NCBI GenBank assembly: GCA_045613605.1
Contig: JAZLBH010000151.1
Location: forward strand, 1 to 47,590
DNA from: Eubacteriales bacterium
GTDB lineage: Bacteria; Bacillota; Clostridia; Oscillospirales; CAG-272
Length of the DNA stretch: 47,590 bases
Direction: 5' to 3'
The notes below the pieces were generated by a model, which saw nothing but the letters and a program-made list of their open reading frames with translations, ran no database searches and had not been told where the DNA came from. The translations under genes and the position numbers were made by a program. Shown piece by piece: positions 22,259-30,817 of this stretch (its first letter is position 1; every line of letters begins with the position of its first letter).

Positions 22259-24007
22259 TTATTTTTTGAAAATTGCAAGAAGCTTATTGATAAGATCTGT
22301 AAACCAAGCAATAATCTTCTGGAAGAAGTTAAGCTCGGGCTGAGGTTCAGGTTGAGAATCAACGGGAGCCTCGTAATCGGGATCCTCTGCACCACAAGCG
22401 CACTTGCCGTCAACATATTCGTGTGCAAGAGCTTCACCCTCTGTTGTACCACATGCTGAACATGTCTTAGGGGCTGTACATGTAGCATCTACCCAAGTGT
22501 GTCCAAGAGCTTCACCCTCTGTTTCACCGCAAACTGAACATGTCTTAGGAGCTGAGCATGTAGCATCTGCCCATGTGTGACCAAGAGCATTGCCCTGTTC
22601 TTCACCACATTCGCATGTAGCGGGAGCTGTACAAGTTGCAGGAGCAAATGAATGCTCATGAACTTCAACCTCTACCTTGCACCAGTAGTTACCGCCAGCA
22701 ACGTTACCGATAAGGTATGCGCCTGCCTTAGGAAGAACAAGTGTAGTAACTGCTGTTACTTTGTTATCAGCGGGCTCAACATTTGATTGAGCAACAATAG
22801 TTTTGCCATCCATTTCATAAACAGCTACTTCTCTATAAGCACCTGCTGCATTCCAATAAATTGTAACCTTTGCTTCGCCAGCAGTAACAATCTGAACGTA
22901 GTTCTTAAATCCACCATTGGAAACAGCAGCTTCACCCTCTCCGTTATTGCAAGGAGCAGAAGCGCCGCCAAAGTTCATTCTATGTGTAGAAGGCCAGCCA
23001 TCGTCAAACTCTTTAATGAAGTTTGCATCAGTTCTATAACCATTGCTAAGGTGACAAGCAAATACACCGTCAACCACTCTAACTTCACCGTCGAAGAGTG
23101 AGTACTGTGCAATACCCTCAAGATCAGCCGCATCAAGAACGTACTTGCCGTCAGTCATAACACCAACTGCATCGGATTCAAAATGCATACCACATACTGA
23201 ACAATCAGCAATTGTGTTGCCTGCTGCCTCAGCTGTAGGAAGTGTATTAACGAATGTAAGTGTATGACCGAGAGCTTCAACAAGCGTGAGATCACATCTT
23301 GTGCACTTCTGTGCAGTTGTACATGTTGCTTCAGCACCTGCTTCGTGACCAAGAGCTTCGCCCTCTACTGTTCCACACTTAGGACAGTTCTTAGCTGTTG
23401 TACATGTAGCTTCAATATATGCATGTTCGCAAGTAGTGGGATCTGCAAGCTCAACGCTCCAAGACACCTCTACCTTGAATATGTAGTTACTTCCTTCAGG
23501 ACCTGCGATTGCATATGTACCCGCTGCGGGAATACTGAACTCATCAATATAAAGGGAATTCTTTGTTGTAGCTGTTGTGGTTGCACTAAGAGTTGTTGCA
23601 TTTTCATCCCAAAGAGCTACGGTTCTGCCGTCACCACCGCATACCCACCAAACCTTAACGGTTGCAGCTCTATCAACTGTAAACTTAACCAAATTCAAGG
23701 AAGAAGTCGATTTTCCGCCCCAGTTAATTCTTTGACCGGACGTATATCCATCTTCAAATACTTTTGAACTGGAATCGATTTTTACTTTAGCACTCATTAC
23801 AAGTGTAAAGAAATCATCAGTTCCTGCAATTACTTCTTGTCCGTCAGCAAAAGCACCCTGAGCCGCAGCGTCAAGCAAAGATGCTTCAAGCACCTTAGTT
23901 ACTGTACCTGTGTTTGCTTCTTCAGCACTTGCAGTGATAATGCTCAAGCCCATCAAAACCGTCATTACAACGAGTACAAGAGCCAAAATTTTGCTTGTGT
24001 TTTTCAT
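22259..24007 (-). CDS. secreted protein: two paralogous beta-sandwich-like domains, each followed by Cys/His mini-modules, plus the conserved C-terminal tail
   Basis: Signal peptide (ALVLVVMTVLMGLSIITASA). Two ~150-aa internal paralogous domains (...RINWGGKS...VKVWW... and ...RMNFGGAS...VTIYW...). Repeats of ATC(T/S)APKTCSxCGxTEGEALGH. HEYVDGKCACGAEDPDY precedes the tail LNFFQKIIAWFTDLINKLLAIFKK. Confidence 0.7.
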   Translation of the reverse strand: MKNTSKILALVLVVMTVLMGLSIITASAEEANTGTVTKVLEASLLDAAAQGAFADGQEVIAGTDDFFTLVMSAKVKIDSSSKVFEDGYTSGQRINWGGKSTSSLNLVKFTVDRAATVKVWWVCGGDGRTVALWDENATTLSATTTATTKNSLYIDEFSIPAAGTYAIAGPEGSNYIFKVEVSWSVELADPTTCEHAYIEATCTTAKNCPKCGTVEGEALGHEAGAEATCTTAQKCTRCDLTLVEALGHTLTFVNTLPTAEAAGNTIADCSVCGMHFESDAVGVMTDGKYVLDAADLEGIAQYSLFDGEVRVVDGVFACHLSNGYRTDANFIKEFDDGWPSTHRMNFGGASAPCNNGEGEAAVSNGGFKNYVQIVTAGEAKVTIYWNAAGAYREVAVYEMDGKTIVAQSNVEPADNKVTAVTTLVLPKAGAYLIGNVAGGNYWCKVEVEVHEHSFAPATCTAPATCECGEEQGNALGHTWADATCSAPKTCSVCGETEGEALGHTWVDATCTAPKTCSACGTTEGEALAHEYVDGKCACGAEDPDYEAPVDSQPEPQPELNFFQKIIAWFTDLINKLLAIFKK

Positions 24008-24102
24008 AAAATTTCCTTTCAGATTTTGTGCCTTTCGGCAATTTAGTTAATAATATACACCCAAAAAGCACATACTTTTCAAGATATTATTATTACATTA
24101 TA

Positions 24103-24131
24103 AGTATAATCCCGATTTACACAAATGTCAA
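24103..24131 (-). promoter_or_regulatory. sigma-A type promoter of the 582-aa secreted protein gene
   Basis: Minus strand reads TTGACA-17 nt-TATACT. The spacer contains TTTGTGTAAAT (plus coordinates 24115-24125), identical to one arm plus spacer of the nanE leader palindrome. Confidence 0.5.
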
Positions 24132-24244
24132 CATTTTTCGGGAATTATAACAACTATTCTACCATATGCACAATTTGTTTTTATGGTTTTTGTACAAAAA
24201 GCAAAGAAAAATCAGCAATGTTCATAAAAAATTAATTTATATAT

Positions 24245-24274
24245 AAAAAAAGACCGTGAAAAATTACACGGTCT
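24245..24274 (-). terminator. rho-independent terminator after mgtE
   Basis: Minus strand: agaccgtg-taattttt-cacggtct followed by ttttttt. Confidence 0.7.
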
Positions 24275-24280
24275 TAATAA

Positions 24281-25648
24281 TTATAATAAAATAAGGCTTG
24301 CAATTGCAAAATAAATCAAAAGAGAAACTGCATCAACAATAGTTGTAATAAATGGACTTGCCATTACCGCGGGGTCGAGCCCCACCTTTTTTGCCGCAAC
24401 AGGAAGCGCGCATCCAACTATTTTAGCAACCACTACCGTTGCCAAAAGTGTAAGTGAAACTACAAGATTTGCTTGTAATGATACTTCGTTATGGAAAATA
24501 AAATTATCCACCAAAATAATTTTAACAAAGTTACATACAGAAAGAACTATACCGCAAAGCAATGCAACGCGAGTTTCCTTCCAAATAATTTTCCAAATAT
24601 CCTTGTTTTCAATTTCACCAACCGCAAGACCACGAATAACGGTTACTGATGATTGACCTCCACTGTTACCGCCCGTACCCATAAGCATAGGGATGAAAGC
24701 GATAAGAACAGGCACCGCCGCAAGCTTACTTTCAAAGCCGGCAATTATTTGTCCTGTAAACGTTGCAGAAAGCATCAAGAGCAAAAGCCACGGGATTCTT
24801 GTCTTCCAAATTTCGAATGCACCTTGACGCATATAAGGTTTATCGGATGGAACGATAGCCGCCATTTTTTCGATATCCTCGGTTGCCTCTTCTTCTATAA
24901 CGTCAAGTGCGTCGTCGACGGTAACAATACCAACAAGACGATTTTCCTTGTCAACAATCGGAAGAGCAAGCATGTCGTATTTTTGAATCATTGCAACAAC
25001 GTCCTCTTGGTGGTCAAGAGTATTTGCACAAAGTATTTCAGTGTCCATTATATCACCGATTATTGCATCGGGATCGGCAAATATCAAATCCTTAAGAGAA
25101 ACTATACCTTCAAGGATTCGGGATTCATTGGTAACGTAGGCAACGTAGACAGTTTCTTTATCTACACCTTTTTTTCTAATATTTGAAATTGCCTGCGCAA
25201 CCGTCATTTCTTTATGAAGGTCGATAAATTCGGCAGTCATAACACTTCCCGCACTGTCCTCGGGATATGAAAGAAATTTATTGATAAGATTTCTTGTTTC
25301 GGGGCGAGAAAGCTTCAAAATTCTCTTTACCATAATAGCGGGAAGCTCTTCAAGAATATCAACCGCGTCGTCAACGAAGAGATCTTCAATAATCATTGCA
25401 ATTTCGGTATCACTCATTCGGTTAATCATGGTTTCCTGCATTTCAAAATCCATAAATGAGAAAATACCTGCCGCGGTATCCTTTTTAAGCATTCTAAAAG
25501 CACTGAGCATCGCTTCGTCGGGAAGTGACATCAAATATTCGGCTGCATCAATCTCATTAAGCTCGTCAATAAGATGCATAAATTCAGAATATTTCTTTTC
25601 TAAAAGCAGTGAATTAAGCTTTTCAAAAACTTCTTCTCTATTTTCCAT
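24281..25648 (-). CDS. mgtE: magnesium transporter MgtE
   Basis: 455 aa with MgtE N-domain, tandem CBS region and C-terminal TM domain. Motifs GTGGNSGGQSS and DAVSLLIYF. Confidence 0.9.
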   Translation of the reverse strand: MENREEVFEKLNSLLLEKKYSEFMHLIDELNEIDAAEYLMSLPDEAMLSAFRMLKKDTAAGIFSFMDFEMQETMINRMSDTEIAMIIEDLFVDDAVDILEELPAIMVKRILKLSRPETRNLINKFLSYPEDSAGSVMTAEFIDLHKEMTVAQAISNIRKKGVDKETVYVAYVTNESRILEGIVSLKDLIFADPDAIIGDIMDTEILCANTLDHQEDVVAMIQKYDMLALPIVDKENRLVGIVTVDDALDVIEEEATEDIEKMAAIVPSDKPYMRQGAFEIWKTRIPWLLLLMLSATFTGQIIAGFESKLAAVPVLIAFIPMLMGTGGNSGGQSSVTVIRGLAVGEIENKDIWKIIWKETRVALLCGIVLSVCNFVKIILVDNFIFHNEVSLQANLVVSLTLLATVVVAKIVGCALPVAAKKVGLDPAVMASPFITTIVDAVSLLIYFAIASLILL

Positions 25649-25681
25649 ATTTGCACTCCCTTCAGTTTGAAATCATATAGG

Positions 25682-25713
25682 ATTATATTATACCTTTTTT
25701 CTCTTGATGTCAA
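25682..25713 (-). promoter_or_regulatory. probable mgtE promoter
   Basis: Minus strand has TTGACA followed by overlapping TATAAT/TAATAT hexamers. Spacers are 15 and 20 nt to the two TATAAT hexamers and 17 nt to TAATAT. The resulting leader is short. Confidence 0.4.
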
Positions 25714-25756
25714 GGTTTATTATGTTAAATTTTTTAAAAAATATTAAAAAAAGTAC

Positions 25757-25785
25757 TTGATTTTTTCATCAACTTATGATACAAT
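25757..25785 (+). promoter_or_regulatory. sigma-A type promoter of tRNA-Leu
   Basis: TTGATT-17 nt-TACAAT, ending ~14 nt before the tRNA 5' end. Confidence 0.6.
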
Positions 25786-25799
25786 ACCATTTGTTGAAT

Positions 25800-25886
25800 G
25801 CCGGTGTGATGGAATTGGCAGACGTGCTGGACTCAAAATCCAGTGGTAGCGATACCGTATCGGTTCGACCCCGATCACCGGCACCA
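25800..25886 (+). tRNA. tRNA-Leu (anticodon CAA), class II with long variable arm, CCA encoded
   Basis: Acceptor stem GCCGGTG/CACCGGC. Anticodon stem-loop gctgg-aCTCAAAAt-ccagt (written as read from the sequence). Long variable arm. T-arm ggttcgacccc. 3' ACCA. Confidence 0.9.
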
Positions 25887-25888
25887 AA

Positions 25889-25918
25889 GGCTTAGCTGTA
25901 AAAAGCTAAGCCTTTTTT
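25889..25918 (+). terminator. rho-independent terminator after tRNA-Leu
   Basis: ggcttagct-gtaaaa-agctaagcc followed by tttttt. Confidence 0.8.
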
Positions 25919-25943
25919 GTTTTTATTGGCTATATGTGGATGC

Positions 25944-25970
25944 AAAAAGCACGGGATTGCCGTGCTTTTT
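25944..25970. terminator. bidirectional terminator (typA on the minus strand; backup for the tRNA on the plus strand)
   Basis: aaaaagcacgg-gattg-ccgtgcttttt, with A-run and T-run on either side. Confidence 0.7.
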
Positions 25971-25976
25971 TGCTTA

Positions 25977-27818
25977 TTATTTAATATCAATAATTCCGCG
26001 TCTTGCTCTCATCTGAGCCTTCATACGAAGCTCGGTATTGAGAATCTTCTTACGGAGTCTGATTGACTTAGGTGTAACCTCGATAAGCTCGTCATCATTG
26101 ATATACTCAATTGCTTCCTCAAGGCTAAAGATTTGAGGAGGTGTCAAGAGAAGCTTTTCATCAGCGCCGGTTGAACGGATAGCTGTGAGGTGCTTTTCTT
26201 TACAGGGGTTAACTGCGATATCGTCGTTCTTGGGGTTTTCACCGATAATCATACCCTCATAAACCTTTGTTTGAGGACCAACGAAAAGACGTCCTCTTTC
26301 CTGAGTATTGAAAAGACCGTATCTTGTTGTTTCACCGTTTTCACTTGCGATAAGACAGCCTGTAAATCTCATTGTTACCTCACCCTTATAAGGCTGATAT
26401 CCGTCAAAGAGTGTATTGATAAGGCCCTCACCTCTTGTGTCAGTCAAGAACTCTGAACGGTAACCGAAAAGACAACGAGAAGGAATTGAATATTCAACTC
26501 TCATTCTGTTTCCAAGAGGAGTCATTTCGATAAGATCACCCTTACGTCTGCCAAGCTTTTCAATAACTGAGCCAACGTAATCGGTGGGCACGTCGAGAGT
26601 AACTCTTTCCATAGGCTCACATTTAACGCCGTCAATTTCCTTATAAAGAACTCTTGGGTTAGAGCACATAAGCTCAAAGCCCTCGCGTCTCATATTTTCG
26701 TTAAGTATTGAAAGGTGCATTTCGCCTCTACCTGCAACCTTAAATGAGTCCGTTGTATCACCGTCGCTTACACGAAGAGAAACGTCCTTAAGAAGCTCAC
26801 GGTAAAGTCTGTCACGAATCTGACGGGACGTAACGAACTTACCCTCCTGACCCGCAAGCGGGCTATCGTTAACCGCAAATGTCATTTCCATTGTAGGCTC
26901 ACTAACCTTAACGAATTCGAGTGGCTCAATGCAGGTTGTTGATGTAATTGTATCACCGATTGTGATATTCTCTGCTCCGCTAAAGCAAACGATATCACCG
27001 ATTTTTGCATTTTCAACCTGTACTCTGCCAAGACCGTTAATCTGGTAAAGAGAAACGATCTTAGCTCTCTTGGGAGCGGCCTTTGAGTGGAAGTTAGAAA
27101 TCATAACCTCCTGTCCCTGCTTGATAGTACCGCGCTCAACACGGCCAATACCTATACGGCCAACGAAATCGTTATAGTCAATAGATGAGATGAGCAACTG
27201 AAGGTCGCCTTCCTCATCACCCTCAGGTGCAGGAATATAGTCAAGGATTTTATTGAAAAGAGGCTTAAGGTCTGTTCCCTGAACGTCCATATCCTCGCTT
27301 GCAGTACCTGCTCTACCCGAGCAGAAGAGCATGGGAGAATCCAGCTGCTCGTCATTTGCACCAAGGTCAATAAGAAGCTCAAGAACCTCATCGATAACCT
27401 CGGAAATACGAGCGTCGGGCTTGTCTATTTTATTTACAACAACTATTACTCTATGGTTAAGCTCAAGCGCTCTCTGCAAAACGAAGCGTGTCTGAGGCAT
27501 AGGTCCCTCTGCTGCGTCTACAAGCAAAATTACACCGTTTACCATTTTAAGAATACGCTCAACCTCACCACCGAAATCCGCGTGTCCGGGAGTGTCAATT
27601 ATGTTGATTTTTACATCATTGTACATAACGGCAGTATTCTTAGCAAGAATAGTAATACCTCTTTCACGCTCGAGGTCATTTGAGTCCATAACTCTTTCTT
27701 CGGTTGCTTGATTTTCACGGTATATACCGCCCTGCTTCAAAAGCTGGTCAACGAGTGTTGTTTTTCCGTGGTCAACATGCGCAATAATCGCAATATTTCT
27801 TAAATCTTCTCTTACCAC
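25977..27818 (-). CDS. typA: translational GTPase TypA/BipA
   Basis: GTG start with GGAGG 6 nt upstream. G-motifs [26 protein letters not shown] and NKID. The 613-aa length is typical. Confidence 0.95.
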   Translation of the reverse strand: MVREDLRNIAIIAHVDHGKTTLVDQLLKQGGIYRENQATEERVMDSNDLERERGITILAKNTAVMYNDVKINIIDTPGHADFGGEVERILKMVNGVILLVDAAEGPMPQTRFVLQRALELNHRVIVVVNKIDKPDARISEVIDEVLELLIDLGANDEQLDSPMLFCSGRAGTASEDMDVQGTDLKPLFNKILDYIPAPEGDEEGDLQLLISSIDYNDFVGRIGIGRVERGTIKQGQEVMISNFHSKAAPKRAKIVSLYQINGLGRVQVENAKIGDIVCFSGAENITIGDTITSTTCIEPLEFVKVSEPTMEMTFAVNDSPLAGQEGKFVTSRQIRDRLYRELLKDVSLRVSDGDTTDSFKVAGRGEMHLSILNENMRREGFELMCSNPRVLYKEIDGVKCEPMERVTLDVPTDYVGSVIEKLGRRKGDLIEMTPLGNRMRVEYSIPSRCLFGYRSEFLTDTRGEGLINTLFDGYQPYKGEVTMRFTGCLIASENGETTRYGLFNTQERGRLFVGPQTKVYEGMIIGENPKNDDIAVNPCKEKHLTAIRSTGADEKLLLTPPQIFSLEEAIEYINDDELIEVTPKSIRLRKKILNTELRMKAQMRARRGIIDIK

Positions 27819-27855
27819 TTTGTGCCTCCGTATTTTTATTAAACATTAACAATAT

Positions 27856-27864
27856 ATTATAACA
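27856..27864 (-). promoter_or_regulatory. extended -10 element (TGTTATAAT) upstream of typA
   Basis: Minus strand has TGTTATAAT ~38 nt upstream of the GTG start. There is no good -35. Confidence 0.4.
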
Positions 27865-27950
27865 TTTTTTTCTCCAATAATATATAGTTATTCTCACGGA
27901 ATTTTCGATTTTTTTAGATATTTTTTTGTGATATTTAACAAAAAATATAT

Positions 27951-27979
27951 TTGACATATTATGAACAATATGGTATAAT
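27951..27979 (+). promoter_or_regulatory. sigma-A type promoter of the HAD-PAP2 pair
   Basis: TTGACA-17 nt-TATAAT (perfect consensus), ~35 nt upstream of the ATG at 28015. Confidence 0.65.
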
Positions 27980-28014
27980 TAATACTGATATAATACTTTT
28001 TGAAAGGATTTTAC

Positions 28015-28677
28015 ATGAGATCTTATATAAAAGCATTGATTTTTGACCTTGACGGTACTCTTGCAGATACTATTCCTGCCATTACCGATGCAGTCAATAT
28101 GACACTGACCGAGCTCGGATTTCCCACCCGTGAGCACAGCGAAATCAGAAGCTATATCGGAAAAGGTCCGCGCCATCTTATCTCTGAAGCGCTCCCAAAG
28201 GATGCTGTCTTAGATGATCCGTCCCTCGTTGATAGGGCGCTTGGCATTTACGATAAAATGTATGCTAAGACATATCTTAATACCAATTCCCTTTACGATG
28301 GAATGGAAGAGGCTATAATCACGCTCTCAAAATATTACAAAATCGCGGTGCTTTCAAACAAGCAAGACGAATACGTAAAAAATTTGGTTAAACAGCTTTT
28401 GCCCGACGGGATATGTGAGCTTGCTCGCGGAACTGTCGACGGCATTCCCGCAAAGCCCAATCCCTCTGCCCTTTTGGAAATAATGGATAAGCTTAACGTA
28501 TTTAATTACGAATGCATTCTTATCGGTGACAGTGAAATCGACATAGCAACGGCTAAAAACGCCGAGATTGAATGCTTGTCCGTTTCGTGGGGATACGCCT
28601 CTAAAACAAAGCTCATTATGAAGGGCGCGCAGGAAATAATCAATTCACCCAACGAATTATTAGAATATTTCAAATAA
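28015..28677 (+). CDS. HAD-superfamily hydrolase (phosphoglycolate phosphatase-like, subfamily IA)
   Basis: Motif I FDLDGTLADT, motif III SNK, motif IV GDSEIDI. I prefer the ATG at 28015 (GAAAGGA RBS) to the TTG at 28000. Confidence 0.8.
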   Translation: MRSYIKALIFDLDGTLADTIPAITDAVNMTLTELGFPTREHSEIRSYIGKGPRHLISEALPKDAVLDDPSLVDRALGIYDKMYAKTYLNTNSLYDGMEEAIITLSKYYKIAVLSNKQDEYVKNLVKQLLPDGICELARGTVDGIPAKPNPSALLEIMDKLNVFNYECILIGDSEIDIATAKNAEIECLSVSWGYASKTKLIMKGAQEIINSPNELLEYFK

Positions 28678-28689
28678 AGGAAAATTAAT

Positions 28690-29313
28690 ATGCTTGAAAT
28701 CAAATCAAAACGCAATTTTTGTCTAAAAACAGTTATTATATCAATCGCGTTAGTGCTTTTTGGCTTGCTTCTTTGGAAATATGACTTTGAAATCCTATTT
28801 TTCATTAAGGAGCATATTCGTAACGGATTTCTTGACGTCGTAGTTCCGTTTTATACAAATCTCGGTGACGACGGTATAATTTGGATAGCTGTTGGACTTG
28901 TTATGCTTGTCCTAAAGAAAACCAGAAAATGTGGAATTATGGTTCTTGCCGCTCTACTCGTTATGCTTGTGTTAAACAATATAATTCTTAAAAATCTTAT
29001 TGCAAGACCCCGTCCCTGTGCTACGTATCCTGAATTGGTCGAGCTTGTTAAAATACCGCATTCATACTCATTCCCTTCAGGTCATACAGTTTCTGCAATG
29101 GCAGTTGCATTTACGATATTGACTCAACACAAAAAGCTCGGCATCGTTGCTTTCGTTATGGCATTACTTATGGGGCTTTCCCGTCTTTACGTTGGCGTTC
29201 ACTTCCCGACCGACGTTTACGGTGGAATAATCGTCGGCGCACTTATCGCTCTTATCGTTTGGAGTGCCGAAAAGAAAATTACGCCTATCATATTAAAAAA
29301 ATTCAAGAAATAA
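28690..29313 (+). CDS. PAP2-family membrane phosphatase (undecaprenyl-diphosphatase/PgpB-like)
   Basis: Polytopic membrane protein with acid-phosphatase motifs KxxxxxxRP (LIARPRP), SFPSGHT and SRLYVGVHFPTDV. Confidence 0.8.
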   Translation: MLEIKSKRNFCLKTVIISIALVLFGLLLWKYDFEILFFIKEHIRNGFLDVVVPFYTNLGDDGIIWIAVGLVMLVLKKTRKCGIMVLAALLVMLVLNNIILKNLIARPRPCATYPELVELVKIPHSYSFPSGHTVSAMAVAFTILTQHKKLGIVAFVMALLMGLSRLYVGVHFPTDVYGGIIVGALIALIVWSAEKKITPIILKKFKK

Positions 29314-29314
29314 G

Positions 29315-29348
29315 CAAAAAATCCTGACCGGCGGTCAGGATTTTTCTT
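29315..29348. terminator. bidirectional terminator between convergent genes
   Basis: aaaaaa-atcctgacc-ggc-ggtcaggat-tttt. Confidence 0.75.
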
Positions 29349-30452
29349 TTAGAATAAAAGGTCTAATATTTTATTTGATATCTCGTCATAATCTCCATTG
29401 TTTTCGACAACGTAATCGCAAATTTCTTCATTTCTTCTTTCGTCGTCAATTGAGATAATTCGGTTAACCTTGTCTTCGTTCGTGCTGTTCTTCTCAAGAA
29501 TAGATTTTAACAGCTCGCGCTTATCACGCTTCACATAAATGGTGACCACGTCTTTATAAAGTGTTTTAAGTGACATTGCGCCACATATATCCATAATTGT
29601 AAGGACGGTTTTTCCCTCTCCAATTAAAGCATCAACATCACTTTTCTTCGATCCAAATCCGTGTCCTGCATACATTGTAGATTGAAAAAGCTCGTTGTTA
29701 TCAACCATCTTAAAGAATTCATTTTTATCCACGTAGCTATACCAATCGTTTTCGGTATTTGCCGTGGGGTCAATGGTAGTATAGCTCAAAAGCTTTTCAA
29801 ATCTTGATTCTTTTTCAAGCAGATCCTTTGCAATATCACTTTTACCCGAACCCGAGGGGCCAACGAGAGCCACTATTGAAGGATTCTTCAAATCATCCTT
29901 TACGGTTGAATAGCTGGTGGTGATAACCTCAACAAGCTTCAAAAACTCATCGTAATTGTTAACTGCAAGCATTCCCGTAGCGCTTTGGTTCCAAGGACGT
30001 CGCATCAAAATCGGATATGCCGCATTGGATTTAATTACGTTATGCATACCGTCATCAAAAAGTATATCAACGTTCAGTTTTTCTTTTCTAGTGCCCATAT
30101 AGATATTTTCGGGAGGTATCTCGGGAAACTCTCTCATAATAACCTCAGCGCGAATACTCATAAACTGAGGATAAACCGACGTACAAATAAACACCTCAGT
30201 CATTTGAGAAAGCTTTTTCACAAATTCTCGTGCGCCCGCAATAACAGGTTGAGTTCTGAAAAATTCTTCAGTAAAGAATTCAAATATAACGTCCGCGCGT
30301 GTTCCAAGCTTGCCCCAACGGTCAACCTCGTGAATTGTAAGCGGCGGATCAAAATTATATTTTTCATTTGCTAATTTTATAGCGTAAGGAATACATTCAA
30401 GCAAAACGTCATCAACGTCAAGTGCCGTTGTCATTCTAAATCTTCTGCTCAT
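29349..30452 (-). CDS. fusion protein: 5'(3')-deoxyribonucleotidase-like HAD domain + guanylate-kinase-like P-loop domain
   Basis: The N-terminal half has the DxD nucleophile motif (ALDVDDVLLE) and ...ILFDDGMHN..., as in NT5C/YorS-type nucleotidases. The C-terminal half has the P-loop VGPSGSGKSD and guanylate-kinase-like layout, but S-Y-T-T-I-D-P-T-A-N-T-E replaces the canonical S-x-T-T-R-x-x-R-x-x-E. Confidence 0.55.
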   Translation of the reverse strand: MSRRFRMTTALDVDDVLLECIPYAIKLANEKYNFDPPLTIHEVDRWGKLGTRADVIFEFFTEEFFRTQPVIAGAREFVKKLSQMTEVFICTSVYPQFMSIRAEVIMREFPEIPPENIYMGTRKEKLNVDILFDDGMHNVIKSNAAYPILMRRPWNQSATGMLAVNNYDEFLKLVEVITTSYSTVKDDLKNPSIVALVGPSGSGKSDIAKDLLEKESRFEKLLSYTTIDPTANTENDWYSYVDKNEFFKMVDNNELFQSTMYAGHGFGSKKSDVDALIGEGKTVLTIMDICGAMSLKTLYKDVVTIYVKRDKRELLKSILEKNSTNEDKVNRIISIDDERRNEEICDYVVENNGDYDEISNKILDLLF

Positions 30453-30481
30453 TTTCGTTCCTTCCTTTCAAATGATAAATA

Positions 30482-30736
30482 TTATTTCTTGTTTTTCTTT
30501 TTCTTCTTTTTGGGGAAGCATGTCCATGCTACCAAAAGAGCACCCATTGATAAAAACAAGAACAACACACCAAGCTGTCCAATAAGATCCGTTAAAAAGG
30601 GTTTAGCAACCTCCTCGTGAAATTCTAACGTAAATCCCGCATCGGTAACGTAATGAAAGCAATAGTAATCTATGCCAAAAATTATAGCAGAAATAAGAAA
30701 CGATATTCCTGACAATTTGAATAAATTGTAACGCAT
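30482..30736 (-). CDS. small membrane protein (2 TM, poly-Lys C-terminus), function unknown
   Basis: 84 aa, two hydrophobic helices, C-terminal KKKKKKNKK. No recognisable family. Confidence 0.4.
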   Translation of the reverse strand: MRYNLFKLSGISFLISAIIFGIDYYCFHYVTDAGFTLEFHEEVAKPFLTDLIGQLGVLFLFLSMGALLVAWTCFPKKKKKKNKK

Positions 30737-30769
30737 AATAATCTCCTCTTCTTTTTTTGTTTATTATAA

Positions 30770-30806
30770 CATATAAAACGGGAAAATACAAGTGTATTTC
30801 CCCGTT
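30770..30806 (-). terminator. rho-independent terminator after the pectate lyase gene
   Basis: Minus strand: aacggggaaataca-cttg-tattttcccgtt (one mismatch) followed by ttat. Confidence 0.55.
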
Positions 30807-30817
30807 TGCTAATAAAA

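Noticed and set aside
25649-25756. M-box (Mg2+) riboswitch upstream of mgtE
   Set aside because: I looked for it because mgtE is often M-box controlled in Firmicutes. The predicted promoter leaves only a ~30-40 nt AT-rich leader, and no conserved M-box-like helices are visible. A covariance-model scan would settle it.
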